Assembly: GCA_000934665.2 (NCBI GenBank)
Contig: JYFJ02001518.1
Location: 1 to 64,000 of the forward strand
Direction: 5' to 3'
Source of the DNA: Catajapyx aquilonaris
Lineage: Eukaryota
DNA: 64,000 bases
Position numbers and translations under genes: made by a program. Within the stretch, counting starts at the first letter, position 1. The number at the start of each line of letters is the position of its first letter. Of this stretch, positions 35,845 through 49,425 are shown in pieces. The notes beneath the pieces are model-generated. The model saw only the letters and a list, made by a program, of their open reading frames with translations, did not search any database and was not told the origin of the DNA.

Positions 35845-37945
35845 GTGAGAAATGAGTGTACAAGATGCACAAAATGACTGGGCAGGAGAAACTTTGCAGG
35901 AGAAAACTCATTTCACTCTCTCGCTCACTCTCACTCTCAATATTGTACATTGTACATCTGCTAGTTCATACTCAAGTCCTTCATTACCTTCCGCCAGTAC
36001 ACAACATTCCTGTCTTCGAGGATGGGATCCACGAGGGGATCCGGCAGATGTTAGGGTAAGATGTAACCATTTTGACCACACTGTGGTCAGGAAGTGACAC
36101 CAAGTGGCCCTAGAGTTAGTTGGAATACCATGGCCACTGGTATGGTGAGATCCCTGGAGTCTTTCATCCCTGCCACGGTAGTGGCCTGGACTCTCTATGA
36201 AGAGAGATGCCAGATTTTTTTCAGGGAGGCAAAAATAACAGGTGAACTACAGAAAGGTGACCTGTTCCTGTCCATGTGTGGAGCAGAAACTTATGCACTA
36301 CTGAGCTGCTACTGAGGTCACTCATGAACCTGACTTCACCTACTGGGGCCACATACTCAACTATGGTCCATACAATGCACTATGTACAGTACCGCTCAGT
36401 ACCGCCCACAAGATTCGCTCTTTGGGGCAATAATGCATGGCATTAAGTGGCGGTGGACAAAACCTGGTGTTACTTATTCTTCAACGAAATGTGATGGTGG
36501 AGCTGATACATGTTGGCTGCACAGTATAGGTCCCATTCGTGGTCCCATTATAATGCCGAATGGTCAGCCTCTCGAGATGGTGATGGTGTTGTGACACTTT
36601 CCTGCCACGTGGAATGAAGGCAGAGGTGTGATTTTGTGATGATCTATAATATTATAAAGATTATATTTGTTCGGCGCGGACATAACTGCAACAAGCATTC
36701 AGCAATAATCTCGTCAATTCGAGGCATGGCGCTTCAAGGCTACATATCCGACCTCGCTTTCACCTCTCAAGCGGGCATTAATTGGGTCTTGAGGGGGCAG
36801 GATTTGTCCACACCCACCTTACTACCCCCTGATGTGTTGCAGGAAAGCCCTTGACAGTCAGGATGAAAATTTCCATGAAGAGTTGTACCATTCTTTCTGA
36901 GCGGTACTGACAGTACCTGCCTCTTTACCAATTGTGGAGGGGTTCCACCTCCACAAGAGAGACCAGAAGGAGACTGTGGCACAAAATGTAGCAGAACTGA
37001 GAAGACTGCCTGCCCTGGGTGGATCAGTCTTTTTTTCAAAGTTGGATCCACACTGATGCATACACTTAGCTGGAACTGGGTGAGCCGTCCAAGGAGATTT
37101 TAACTCTGAATACACAGCAACGATTATTCAGAGTGAGCCGACTACCATTTGGCATTGCTTCTGCACAAAGCATACTGGTGGGCTTGGGTGGGGTCAGCGT
37201 GTACCTTGATGACATCCTGGTCGGTGGGAAGACTCAAGAGGAACATAACCAGTGTCTACATGAGGTCCTCAAGTGACTCTAGTTGGCGGGGTTGCGGTTG
37301 AATGCAGGGAAGTGCCAGTGGAAGATGCAGGAGGTGGAGTTCTTGGGTTTCCAGGTAGACAAGTTAGAGATCACCCTACTCAAGAAAAGTTAAAGGCTAT
37401 CCACAGTGGTCGTGCACCAAAAAAAGGCAGAGTTGCAGTCGTAGCTGGGACTACTGAACTACTATAGCTGTTTCCTACAACAGAGGGCCACTGTGCTAGA
37501 ACTGCTGCACTGTCTGATAGACTCAAAGAGGCCTTTCAAGTGGGGAAAGGCGGAACAGGATGAATAATTCCAGGCAGCAAAGGTGCTGCTACGCAGTCAT
37601 CAACGGCATTGACTCATTGAGACCTGGAGAAGCCCCTGGTGGTATGCTGTGATGCAGCACCTTACAGGCTAGGGGCTGTGTTGGCACATACAATGCCAGA
37701 TGGATCTGAGGTGCCAGTAGTGTTCGCTTCATGCACACTCTTGGACACAGCGCATCGGTATGCTCACAATAAGGTGCAGCCTTCATAATATTTGCAGTGA
37801 CCAATATGTGGCAGGCAGGAAATTCGCAATATTGTGACTGACCACAAGCCTCTATTGGGACTGCTGCACCCAATGAAGGCCATCTCTCAGATGGTCTCGC
37901 CAAGAATGTTGCAATGGAGCCTGCTGTTGGGGGCTTACAATTCTG
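35845..37945 (+). mobile_element. Decayed Ty3/Gypsy (Mag-like) LTR retrotransposon
   Basis: Gag-like WTLYEERCQIFF...FLSMCGAETYALL at 36130-36310. RT motifs RLPFGIAS and VYLDDILVGGKTQEEH near 37140-37250. RNase H motifs CDAAPYRLGAVLAH and TDHKPLLGL. Multiple stops and frameshifts; integrase absent. Confidence 0.88.
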
Positions 37946-38056
37946 CTTACAATTCTACTGACAATTCTACCTTTCCAAATTATGCTAGTTATAAGAATCA
38001 TCTTTGTAATAACATTTCCTGGGAGAAACAGTGTCTAATCCAATGTTAGTATACTA

Positions 38057-38795
38057 CGAGGACTAGTCGGAAAGTAGGTTTCGTGATGCTACAGTTTCGA
38101 AGCCATGCGATGGACAGTGTCAAAACGAGCAGGACTCAGGTGCGTTGATCCTTCCTCTACTTTATAGGATGGGTAGGTGCCTTCTTGCAACTTCTGCGCA
38201 GGTGCGGCAGCCATCGGACAAAACAGGGTGGTGTGCCAAGCTTGCTCACCCACATTCCGCCAGGAAATGTCATGCCAGACAAACAGTGTTGGTCACATGG
38301 ACTGAGACAGAAGTTAGGACACTTGAGGACACTGTCTGTAACTGCCGTGGCTGGTAGTTTGGGTCTGTGATTGTCCTTGACACTCGCGAGCTTATTCCGA
38401 AATTGCTGGCACCATATCACCGCACGATTTGCTCAGACATTGCATCTCCAGACCATACTGTAGAGTACACTCCACTAGCCAGCAATGAATGACATATGCC
38501 ATATGTCGACCACTGGTAGCGAACATCTGCCCTCACTTTGGCCTTAGTTCATTTGACCAACACTGTCTGCCTGGCATGACTTTTCCTGCGGAATGTGGGC
38601 GGGCATGCTCAGCTCGCCACTCGGTCTCGTCCAACGGCTGCTGCGCCTATGCATAAGTTGCAAAGAGGCGCCTACCTGCCCTATAAAGTAGATGAAGGAT
38701 CAACGTAACCTACCTGCTCATGCTCGTTTTTATCCGGTCCGTCACATGGCGTCGAAACTGTAGCATCGCGAAACTTAATTTCCGACTAGCCCTCA
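38057..38795. mobile_element. mariner-type foldback MITE
   Basis: TA-CGAGGACTAGTCGGAAA / TTTCCGACTAGCCCTCA-TA with diverged arms of about 245 bp. Confidence 0.85.
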
Positions 38796-38810
38796 TATAT
38801 CTATGCATAA

Positions 38811-39056
38811 TAATAATAATAATGGATACCCCGTGATAGGCCTCATTGGGCCTCTTAGGGGATCATCATTTCGTGAACCATCTTTAATCATTGCCTGCGC
38901 TGTGATGGATTTTGATTGTGGGAGGAAACGGGAGAACCCCGAGAAAACCCATAAAAACTCTATCCACATAAGTATCCACCGTCCAACCCGGGGATTGAAC
39001 TTGGGACCTCCGAGGTGGAAGGCTGCGGCGCTAACAACTCCGCCACCATGTCGCCC
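38811..39056 (-). mobile_element. SINE family B
   Basis: Homologous to 260-557 with a small internal deletion. Confidence 0.88.
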
Positions 39057-39061
39057 TCATA

Positions 39062-39596
39062 CAGGGTGATCCAACTCTGTGGCACCAACAGTTATTGGAA
39101 AAATCAACAAGCTGCTTGTTTATAAGCAGGTCGTTGCTAAGAGATCAATAAGAGTTACTTTCTGGAGAATCGGGAATAGCACCTGCTGATATTAGGTCCA
39201 ATGCCCATGTAACAATATTAATGAGGGAAAAAAGGATCATCCGTGGGAAACAGGCCTGTTCTGGTGTTCGCTGGAGGGTTTCACATGAGGTCACTAGCTG
39301 CCAAACCAGAGGCCCAATCCGTCGGAACTGGACAGACCCGGGTGTGTCAATAAATAGGCCTTCTGGTCTGTTCATTGTTGGCCGCTGTTGGCAAAACTGA
39401 GACAGGTCAACAGGCTTTAGTTACCAGGAAATAAAATATTATTGTTACATGGCCATTGGACCTAATATCAGCAGGTGCTATTCCCGATTCTCCAGAAAGA
39501 GCCAGAAAGCATCTCTTAGCAACGACTTGCTTATAAACAAGCAGCTTGCGCGATTTTTTTCAATAACTACTGGTGCCATAGAGTTGGATCACCCTG
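39062..39596. mobile_element. Tc1-type foldback MITE
   Basis: TA-CAGGGTGATCCAACTCT...AGAGTTGGATCACCCTG-TA with arms of about 155 bp. Confidence 0.9.
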
Positions 39597-39893
39597 TATA
39601 TCTATGCATAACCAATCTAATGCCCCAGGTGTCTCCTGACCAGACACACTGGTTATTTGCCAATCTTAGCAAATAATGTTTTTTTTCTTCTTCTATTTTT
39701 CCTTTCTTTACTGTCTATATAAAAATTTTGGACCTGTGTGAAATGTGCTGAGGCCCCACCAATATATCTGTTCTGAATGTTAAAAATAAAGGGGTTTGTC
39801 CGGAACTAATTAATAGGCATTTCTTATGTATGTATAGCTGCCTTCTGTTTCTTTCATATTCTGTGTTCATTACATACCAAAAACTGTACTGTA

Positions 39894-40246
39894 CAGTCGA
39901 ACCCCGATTATCCGTCACCAACGGGACTGGGGCATCGTCGGATAACCGAAAATGTCGGATAATCCAGGGATTAAAAAACTGTAATAATACACAACAAAAA
40001 ACATACGGTATTAAAACATGAAATAACATACAAATGTACAATATTGTGGTTTTATAAGAAATAGTGAAATATTTCTCTTTTACACACACTCTACTGTACT
40101 GTATTTACAATTTAACTACGGCAGAACAAAAGAATGCATAGAACATTAGAGTATTTCACGAAAAAACACAATTTATTGCCAGAGCGGGACGGTCGGATAA
40201 ACCGAGGAGTCGGATAAGCTGAGGTCGGGTAATAGGGGTTCTAGTG
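39894..40246. mobile_element. pogo/Tigger-type MITE
   Basis: TA-CAGTCGAACCCC...GGGGTTCTAGTG-TA with cggataa subterminal repeats. A related left end lies near 56583. Confidence 0.8.
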
Positions 40247-40441
40247 TACTGTGGTTGTTTTTTTTTACTGTTATGTAGGGGCTTGAGTTCCCCCGAAAGA
40301 CCCTTTTAGGGTCATAACGGGGTACAGAAAAAAAATAAAAACAAAAATAACCCATACAACAAAAAACAATGGTTGTTTAAAATATTCATTTATTGTAATT
40401 ATAGCAGTATAATTCGGTCTCCATACATGTCTTTCAAAAGG

Positions 40442-43400
40442 TTACGTCCACACATCTTGAAGGTAATATCTATCTACCTGCAACTGTGCTACTATTCTTC
40501 TTGCTTCAGTTTCCGATATTCCTGAAGGGGGAAAAAATGTTAGAAAGGGTCCAAATCACTAGCATGTGTGATTAAGCCATTTATCTGACCTTTTACTTTG
40601 CTAATGGCGAGTACAATGGCTTGAAACACGTCAACAGCCATATTCTTGGCATCACCACACACAAAAAGTTTAGAATGTTTCCCCAATAATTGATCCACAA
40701 AATCCGTCATGTGTGCTGTAATTGCATCCTGTAAATATGTTAAAAAAATTATGCAAAGTATGATAGAGGGTGTTTATCTGCCCAAGTTGACATTTTAAAG
40801 TTGGGACGGGGGGAGGGAGAATTGGGAGAGTTTTAACTGGTCTGCATTAGCATAAAGGTTGTGTCTGCCATTACCTTCTTGCATGCTGCCCACTTCGTGT
40901 ACATTGCCAAGGAAATAATCCATCAACTCTTCCCCATCCTCTCTGTTCAAATTGTCAACATAGGCAGAGAGGTTCATGGTGTAACTATCAACAATAATTC
41001 AAGTTTCCAAAAATAATATTAACTTTCTAAACATTGAAAATGGCAATTATTGTTATGGATGACAAATGAATCAACATTGTAATTTTCTTTTACTCACGAA
41101 TAAGATATTCCAAATTCATACATGAGAACCGATACTCCTACAGAAATGAGGTTTGGACCAGCCGATTTGGAAAACCTCAACAAATCGGCTGGTCCGAACC
41201 TCATTTCTGTAGGAGTATCGGTTCTCAAGTTATGCACTGTTGACGATACGTCAAATGTTGGGTGCATATAACAAGACAGGCTGCATATTTAAAAAAAATT
41301 ACAGTTCGAGTGATGATTTTTTTAAATGATTGTGGTAATTTTTTTGTGTTCGGCGTTTACTTATTGCCATAAATAAAAATAATAAAGCATGAATTCGTGA
41401 TTACCTTTATTCATTAATATTTATTTTATAATAACAATAATATTAATAATAATATATTATATTATCATTATTATAATTATTCATAATATTTATTTATTAT
41501 TATTTATTATTTAGTATTATTATTTCTTAATATTTATAGTTGAAAAATAATGTAGGTGTTGGAGATTTTTAAAAAAACAAACCAAAATAGGTAATATCTG
41601 CGTTTCTGTTGAACGTAGAATGACCGTTCCTTTTTTGGTTTGTAGAGTTATTCACGACGCTTTCAACAGTGCCTCACACTTTCAATTTGTGCTGTAAGTT
41701 TAGGCTTGAGAAATTAAAAACCTCTGCTTGGAGGGTGATGCTAAACTTTTGACCGGTACTGTACTTGAAAATGCATGGAATGAAGTCCTAATATCATTGC
41801 CCTGTTGATGTAAATACAGTGAATCATGTCTGCAGCTGACAGTGAGTCACTTCATTCCAGAAATTTCTTTAGTAATAAACAAGTTTCCATTACAAGCAAC
41901 AGAAATACATTGAATATCTTCATGGACAAGTTTTGGCTATATCAGGGATCTGCTACAGACAGGTTTCCTTGTACAGTACACACGAATGCATAAAAATCAC
42001 AAAACTGGTAAGTACTAGCTTTGAGCAGAGGGTGACAGGAAAGACTCTTCAACCACTCCAGATCTGAGAGACCTCCACATCATGAGTCCATCACTGGAGC
42101 CATTGTATGTTGCATGTCTTTCAGAGTCCTAAGCAGTGTGTCCTGACTTGTCTGACGCTCAAAATCAAGCTCATATGTTGTCCATCCTGAGTTTCCAGCA
42201 TGCAACATTCAACATCTCCGGTGATGGAATGATGCTGTGGAGGTCTACCGGATCAGGAGTCTTTCCTATCTCTCTCTGCTCAAAGCTTTTAGCCCAGTGT
42301 TGGACGGTGGGCAACAGTAGCGTGCAGATGACACCTGCTAGCAGCTCTCACCAACTGCTCATGGACGGCAACTCATGGAACTATAGCAGAGAATAACTGG
42401 ACTTTAATGAAAACGAAAGCTGCTTCAAGTACGTCAGGCTCTTAGAGTGGTGGTGGCATATGGGGGTCACAGTTCTTTTTTGTTGACCGGCCCTCTTGCA
42501 ATATGTGTACCATCTGTATACCAGAGCAAATTGTAATCGCAGGAGCTTCAAAACTTAGTACAGGTCATCTCTGCATGTATTACTGTTTAGAATTTTACAA
42601 ATATGTGCAATGAATTATGAATTAATACATTATTAACATGATGGTTACCATCTTATGTATAAAAAAATTTCACTGTAATTCCTATGTTACCTGCACATAT
42701 TTGGCAGTTGAATTTGGCTCCCTTGAATGTGCCACATGGAGGCAGTTCAAAACCCCTGCTGATAGATACTCAGCAAGTCTTGCTCTGAAAGGTAAAAAAG
42801 AAAAAGAGAAGTTGAGCATTGCATCACGTATAATGCAATGCAGAAATATCTCACCTAAACAAAGAATCCTTATCCTTATAACGACAGCCATGGAACAAAC
42901 AGTATTCACCAAAGTCATCTGTGGTGTTTTGCTGCTGCAACAGTGCTTTATGCTGGAGAAAACCTAGAGAAAAGCACAACATAAATAAATCATGTGACCT
43001 TATTACAACTGAAGCTGTAAGGCAACTTTCACTGCACCAATCATACTGGTTCTGTGGCAAGTGATAATTTTTGCAACAGTACTCTATCCTATTTGTTCCC
43101 ACAATTTGTTGTGGTCATGTAATGTAGGCCTACATAATTATGTAGTCCAGAAATGTTTATACAGGGTGAAGGGAAACTTGTCCCAATGGCCAGGTCAACT
43201 TATAGTACTCGGAAAACTAATATAAGGATGCGCAATTAGTTTTTGGCTCCGTTGTGTAGTTAATGCGTACGGCGCCCTTAAAATGAGGCAAAAACGACAA
43301 AGTGCATGGGTGTCGTACCCGGATTCTTACTCTGACGGGATTTGATCGCCTTTTGCACATGGACGATGTGTTAGGGGACCAAGGCAAGGGACTGGAGGCC

Positions 43401-46400
43401 CTCGAACTGACTTTTGCTTCTTGAAGCTGGCGGAACGGATGTGACGTCACGAAACTTTGATGGCGCTGGACGCATTAACTATGCAATGGAGCCCAAAGCT
43501 AATTGCACATCCCTATATTAGTTTTATGAGTACTATAATTCTACCTGGCGATTGGGTGCGAGTTTCCCTTCACCCTGTAGTTGGAAGTGCAGATTAGCAA
43601 AATTATTATTGAACTACCACAATCCGAAAGTATGTACTCTATTTGCTCATATAATTCTTTCAAATGACCCTAATTTCAGGCTAAAGGTGAAGTATAAATG
43701 TAATCTATTAAACTGAATTAAACCTTGCTCAGAAAGTGGGTGGGAATGTCACTTGTCAGTCATTCTGAAGTAATTTACAGGAACACAGAGCCCTCATGAA
43801 TGGCCACTGTGTGATGGCGGGAAGTGGAGGGTTCTACGACCATTATTTTAACTCTTTTTGGAGGTAATTTGAGTTCTCATTTCATGCATTTTTCACAGGT
43901 AAAATGTAGGCAAAACCTGCTCTATACTAGCATGCCAGAACAGCCACCAGTTGCAGATTTTCTAACATCTGGCCACCCTTGTTTGAGTCTCAGCATTCTG
44001 CTACTATCGGAGTAATAAGGTATCACTTTGACTTTTGCAGGTAAATATTTTATCAGGTTCATGAGTTCCCACCTAACCAATAAACCCTTACCAATAAATG
44101 GTGCCAGCCCAGTTCCTGCCCCAATCATGATGCATGGTACTGCTGGATCTGTTGGGATCTTGAAAGTGGAGCTCCTTCTAAAGAATACCTTTATCTGAAA
44201 AACATTTGCACATTCATATGATGCTACATTAGCATGAAGAGGGGCATAATGACCTGGGTTTCATTTCCACTTATACTCAGTTGTCTCATCTGATCTTCCA
44301 CTGGAGCATCAAGTTTACTCTGAACCAGTTGAGTTAACCATCCAGTGCACACACCTCTGCGACTGAACTGCCTTCCATCCCCTGCTGGGATCTCAACCAC
44401 ATTAAATAATATATGGATCTTGTTAGGGCTTGCCAGAGGAGAAGATGCTATGGAATATGGGCGTGGCTGCAGACGAGGTAAGTGTTCCAAGAGGCAAGAC
44501 ACTGGAGGCTTGCATGATGGGAAAGCCAAAAGCAAGTCTAAGACTGACAGTGCTGGAGAACGCACAAAGTCACTGTAGTCCTTGGCACCCTGTCGGCTGC
44601 ACAGTTCTTGAAGCCGCCGCTTTTCCTGCGAGTTGGTTGTGAATTCAGCCAAAAGCCTAATGAGGGACTGGGAGTAGAAAATAAAATTATATATGTCTGC
44701 AAAACAAGTCACTTAGGCTGCTTACTTTCTTAGGAACTGCTCGAATGTCACAGCATGTCTTCAGCAGGTACTTCAGGGGGGCCTTTCTCAGCACATGGGC
44801 AGCTATACCTTCTTTAGTCTTGTCTTGAAATGATATCTTGCAGACATGATTAGCCTTGTCTTCCACATCCAGGCAAGTGAGTAACCTTTTCACCTCTGCG
44901 TCATCATTTTCTGGGACAATGCCAATTGAGTCGCCAGGTAAAAAGTCATATCCATCTGACTGTTAAAAGGTTAGTATCATTATGGAATCATTCACAAGTC
45001 TCCCTGAATTCTCTCAAGGAAGTAAATGTAAAACAAGTACAAGCTGTACAGATCACCAGATTGGAAAATGATGTTTTCGTTTAAACACTAGTTCTGAGTG
45101 CACAAAGACGCCACACTCAAATTTCTCAAAAGCTCCGAGTCATGCCTGTGCATGAACAACCATTTTCAGTCAAGCATGGTTGTGGATAATTTCCAACAAT
45201 TCAGGTACACCATCTTTAAGAATTTTCAAAATAGTCCAGACCATAATGAAGACTTTGCATCAAGTGACTTTCATTTTTTTCTCATACTTACAAAATTGTC
45301 TGGGCAGGGGAGAATATAGGGGGTGACCCAGAGGTGAAGGAATAGGTGTGGTGAGAATGCTGAATATAGGCTAATAAAATCTGGTGCCATCCATTGACAT
45401 GGGGCTTGTGGGAAGTAGTCGCCACATGTACTGTACATGCCATCATGTAGCAATATGAAATCTGACAGAAACTTTACAGCCACACTATTCTCACTTTTTG
45501 TAATGCTAACAGTGAAAAGAACAGTGTAAAAATCAGTGCCATAAAAAACTTATTTTATAAAGCAGTTCTTTATATCTGGCCCCTTTTCCCATGAACTACC
45601 ATACCTGCAAATTAAGAACCAGTTCCAGGGTGAATTTAACTCCCTCGCCTTGACTTAGTATGGAGGCAGAATCAATTGTGGCAGTCATAACTTCACTGAC
45701 ACAAGATGGAAATGGACATGAATTTTGCACTTCTAAGGAGGACAGGTCTTCTTCAGGATGATAGGAAACTTGCATTGAACACTCCGGCATAATCGGAATG
45801 TTCAGTGCAGCTTCTGATAATGCTGCTGTTGAATGATGCAATGATGGTTCTAGTGGTTGTGCTTGCAACACGTCTTCTGACACTTCACTTGGCACATTAG
45901 GTTCCATGGGCTCACTCACAATGTTCAATGGCCTGTCATATAAACCTGCATCCCCAAGTAATTCCTGTTTCAAAGCTGGCCAAAGTCCATCCAACCATGG
46001 TTCTATAACAACTTCCAACCTGTAAATAAAGCAGTCCTAAGTTAACTATGGACAAGTTTGATAGGGTCTATACTTGATGGAACATGTCAGTCCATCTCAA
46101 CATCAGAAAAAAGTTCATGGACAAACACCCTTGCTGCCCAACATAAAATATCTAGCCAACATAGCTCTTTACACAGAAGTGCATATAAATGGGATATTTA
46201 ATACTTAATACAGTTAATCTTTTTTATTGCTCAGATTGACAGAGAGATTGCTTCCCAATTATAGTACTTTAATCAGATTTTCTTGCGATACGAGGGCCGT
46301 ACTAAAATTATTGACAATTTTTTTTAAATTGCCACAAATGCAGTGCCCATACAGGTCAGCAGATCTGCACACACTATCGATACAATCCTCCTGGAGCCGA

Positions 46401-48765
46401 ATACACAGGAGTCATGGGTGTGGAACCTCTCCGTGCTCTCCAGGAACAACTTTTTGGAGGTCCGGCACACCCAATCCCGTACAACTGCTCAAGCCTGTTT
46501 TACGAATTGCCTTTTCGCGTTATAAAGCGACTTCATAACGCCTGACTGCAAGCAATGCGTGCGGCAGACCAATTTATTAAAAAACAACGAGCAGCACACA
46601 GCCGGGTTTTGCTGCCGAAAGCGCCAGCTACAGACTTCAAAATCTCTAGAAGTCCGACTGTATGCTGACGCATTGAGCCAATCGGAAGAAGTCCTGTCGA
46701 GTCACATGACATCCACGCCTCCCTCACCTCCTCATCTCTCGTCCCCCCCATCTTGCTCCTTTTCCCCTTATGTTTTCCCCAGTCTGCCTAGCCGCAAATG
46801 TCCTGTCCTTTTGCCCCCGTCCCTTCCACCTTCGCCCCGTATGTGGTCCAGGACACTGCCCTCACCCGGCTAACCGCTCCAGAGCCCGCCCGACCCCAGG
46901 TTGGCCTAGCACAAGTACCTCTTCGACCTCTCCGTCTCTTACTTGCTCATACCTTCTCATACTTGGCCGTGAGCGGCAACCTTTTCATAAATTGACTCAA
47001 GGCAGGAAGTGGCTTTTTGCTGCCCACCCACATGCAGCGACGACTTGCAGTTTGGGGTGTCAAGTTGCTTTATAACGCGAAAAGGGATTTCATAAAACAG
47101 GCTTTATAGTCAACAAAGTCCTCAACATGACATCGACGAAGAGGTTTTTTCATGTCTCTGAACAGGTGAAAGTTACTGGGTGCCATGTCTGGTGAGCATG
47201 GCCGGGTGTGGAAGCACCCAGATCCAGGAAAAAAACCCTTTGCCGACGCCACTTCGAGGACATTGTTTACTGTTGATTACTGTGAGCAGTTGTCCAGTAC
47301 TGGGTGCGTCGCACCTCCAAAAAGTGGTTACTGGAGGGCCTGGAGAGGTATGGCATTCGGCTCCAGGAGGACTCTATCTATAATGTGTCACTATCTGCCG
47401 ATCTGGATGGGCACTGTATTTGTGGCAAAAAAATATATTGTAGATCATTTTAGTATGGCCCTCACATATTGCAAGACTGTTGATATGCAGCAGTAGTCCT
47501 ACCGTTTGGGTACCAATATATTGTGGGGACTACATTTTTGAAATGCATAGCACACATGCAAGTGATATTCATCTTACAACTGTTAAGTTTTTCAGTTGAA
47601 CTTCCTTCATACTCTGACTCACCCTGTGCCATCATCAGCCCATCCTGGTGGATAGAAATGCTTGGCTCCCAATTCCAACAAGCGCCGATTGAAGGAGCGG
47701 CCGCAGTTGCAGAAATTGTTGTAATTGGTGTCACCTAGACCTGAAAAATTTCTAGGTTAAAAACATGCTTAAAATAGGCTTAAGAAAGGGACACAAGATC
47801 TTCCCCTTTTGATCTAGACCACAATCTAGTTCTAGACCATTGATAGACCTAGTCACATCCAACAGCAACAAAAGGACTATAAATGGCTGTAGAAAGTGAC
47901 AGAGAGCTACAAAGGCATGGCCAGGCCAGACTATGCTCCCATGTTGAATTTAGCTACTCATTATGCCACATGCGACCATGTGGTCCCGCTAGTTAAAATT
48001 TTTGAAAATTCCTACCTTCAATTTGGAGTCAAATTTTTTTGGATCATTGAACTCAATGTTATTTGAATGTCATGTGATGTTTTAAAATGACAATTTCATT
48101 TCCTTTATGGGACAGTGACTCTACTAATCTCTAGTGTAGTTGCTGTCTTTACATTGATGAGTGATACACTTTATGGTCAATCCCTAGCACACAGTTTCGC
48201 ACCTGCAGAAAATTTTTGCCCATACATTTTAAATAGCCGGCACATTCCAGTGAACAAGCATGATATAATTACCTAAGATGGTGAAACGAACATGTTTGAG
48301 ATGATCACTAGGCAGAGTCTTCTTAGAAAGCGCCCTCCACATTTTAGCAGCATTGTCTGGTGGGTCACCATCACCAGTAGTTGATGTGATGATCACAATG
48401 CATGGCTCTTCTAACAAGTTGAACTGCAATATTATATATTGAAGGGGTAAAACATTATTTTCAAAAAAATATTTTGCTCACATTATCAGCTTTCCAATTT
48501 TCCACACATAATAAGGCAATGAAAATAAATTCCACCCAAATCAAGCGTTGTAGTGTACCTTGCAGGTCATTTCCTTCTGCTGTATACTTACTCCTTTTCC
48601 ATAGTCTGCCATGTCATGCAAATTGGGTTGCATGTTGTACTTGCTGGCAGCCTCTTTGCAGATATCCTCCGCAATGGACTTGGCCTGACCCAGCTGGCTT
48701 CCGTACAGGAGGAGGAACGGCCTCTTACACCGTGCATTTTCTGTTTCATTTTCTGATTCGGGCAT
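40442..48765 (-). CDS. MTRR: Methionine synthase reductase (diflavin FMN/FAD/NADPH reductase), 11 exons, 676 aa
   Basis: Exons: 48592-48765, 48273-48423, 47623-47740, 45605-46019, 44726-44959, 44254-44667, 44092-44194, 42855-42963, 42691-42784, 40590-40728, 40442-40521. Motifs: [102 protein letters not shown]-terminal YLQDVWT. AATAAA on the minus strand at 40389-40394. Confidence 0.93.
41123..41227. repeat. Near-perfect 105-bp hairpin
   Basis: tgagaaccgatactcctacagaaatgaggtttggaccagccgatttg arms (47 bp, 1 mismatch). Confidence 0.88.
42018..42288. repeat. Old foldback element
   Basis: agctttgagcagag...aggaaagactc...agacctccaca...tgttgcatg is inverted at about 42197-42288. Confidence 0.7.
43162..43577. 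mobile_element. Tc1-type MITE
   Basis: TA-CAGGGTGAAGGGAAACT...AGTTTCCCTTCACCCTG-TA with arms of about 115 bp. Confidence 0.9.
46291..47464 (-). mobile_element. mariner-derived foldback MITE (copy 2) with a nested element
   Basis: Homologous to 32971-33537 in the opposite orientation; [14 protein letters not shown] remnant. Confidence 0.88.
46491..47104. mobile_element. Nested TIR element (Harbinger-like)
   Basis: aagcctgttttacgaa...cttttcgcgttataaagc / gctttataacgcgaaaag...ataaaacaggctt. Confidence 0.8.
47966..47992 (+). mobile_element. Possible Helitron 3' end
   Basis: Hairpin ccacatg-cgac-catgtgg followed by CTAG then T. Confidence 0.45.
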
Positions 48766-48769
48766 TCTG

Positions 48770-49425
48770 GTTACAACTTATACGACTTGTCCGCACTCCA
48801 TACAGGCCTGAATGTAGGACGGATGATGAAATGACCACATGCCCTGCCGAGCGGAGAGGTACGGATGATGAGAAGACGATCTGACGTCATCACAGTTTGC
48901 CCACAGTTTCCATGGAAATATTCTCACACAGACACTGATTCTCACAGAAGTACAGAACAATTTGAGTAATATGTCAACAAAAAGCAACAATGGAAGAAAC
49001 GATGACGTCTGATCGGCTCGCAATTGGCTACTTAGGACCTCCGAGCTCCGGAGTAGCCAATTGCGAGCCAAGTTTCTCGTAGATATTCACCATGAAGCCA
49101 AGAGCAGACTGGATCATTTTTTCCCCCCAGTACATGATAATGCATTGCTGGTACATTAATAATTAAATTATTCCCATAATCCAGTAGCTTACGTCGGCCT
49201 ACGTGGCCTACGTTGACTGCACCTTGGGACTGCACGTGGTCTAAAGTTGGACGCAGCCACAGATATTGCGTATGCACTTCTGCCACTGCCTGTTATTCGG
49301 ACGCAGACATGCAGAAAGTTCACTAGGATGCGTGGCGAAGCCTTGGTCACGGTCTCGTCCATGGTCATAGGGTCTCGTCTGTAATTTCGTCCAGAAACAG
49401 ACAGTTCTGAACAACGGGCCTCGAG
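48770..49425. promoter_or_regulatory. Likely bidirectional promoter for MTRR and UFSP2
   Basis: Only 660 bp separate the divergent ATGs. CpG-rich, with a CRE-like TGACGTCA near 48882. A minus-strand donor near 49191 and acceptor near 48809 suggest a 5'UTR intron in MTRR. Confidence 0.6.

Noticed and set aside
45000..45500. Mariner-like remnant FASSDFHFF
   Set aside because: A single degraded motif with no identifiable termini; too weak to annotate.
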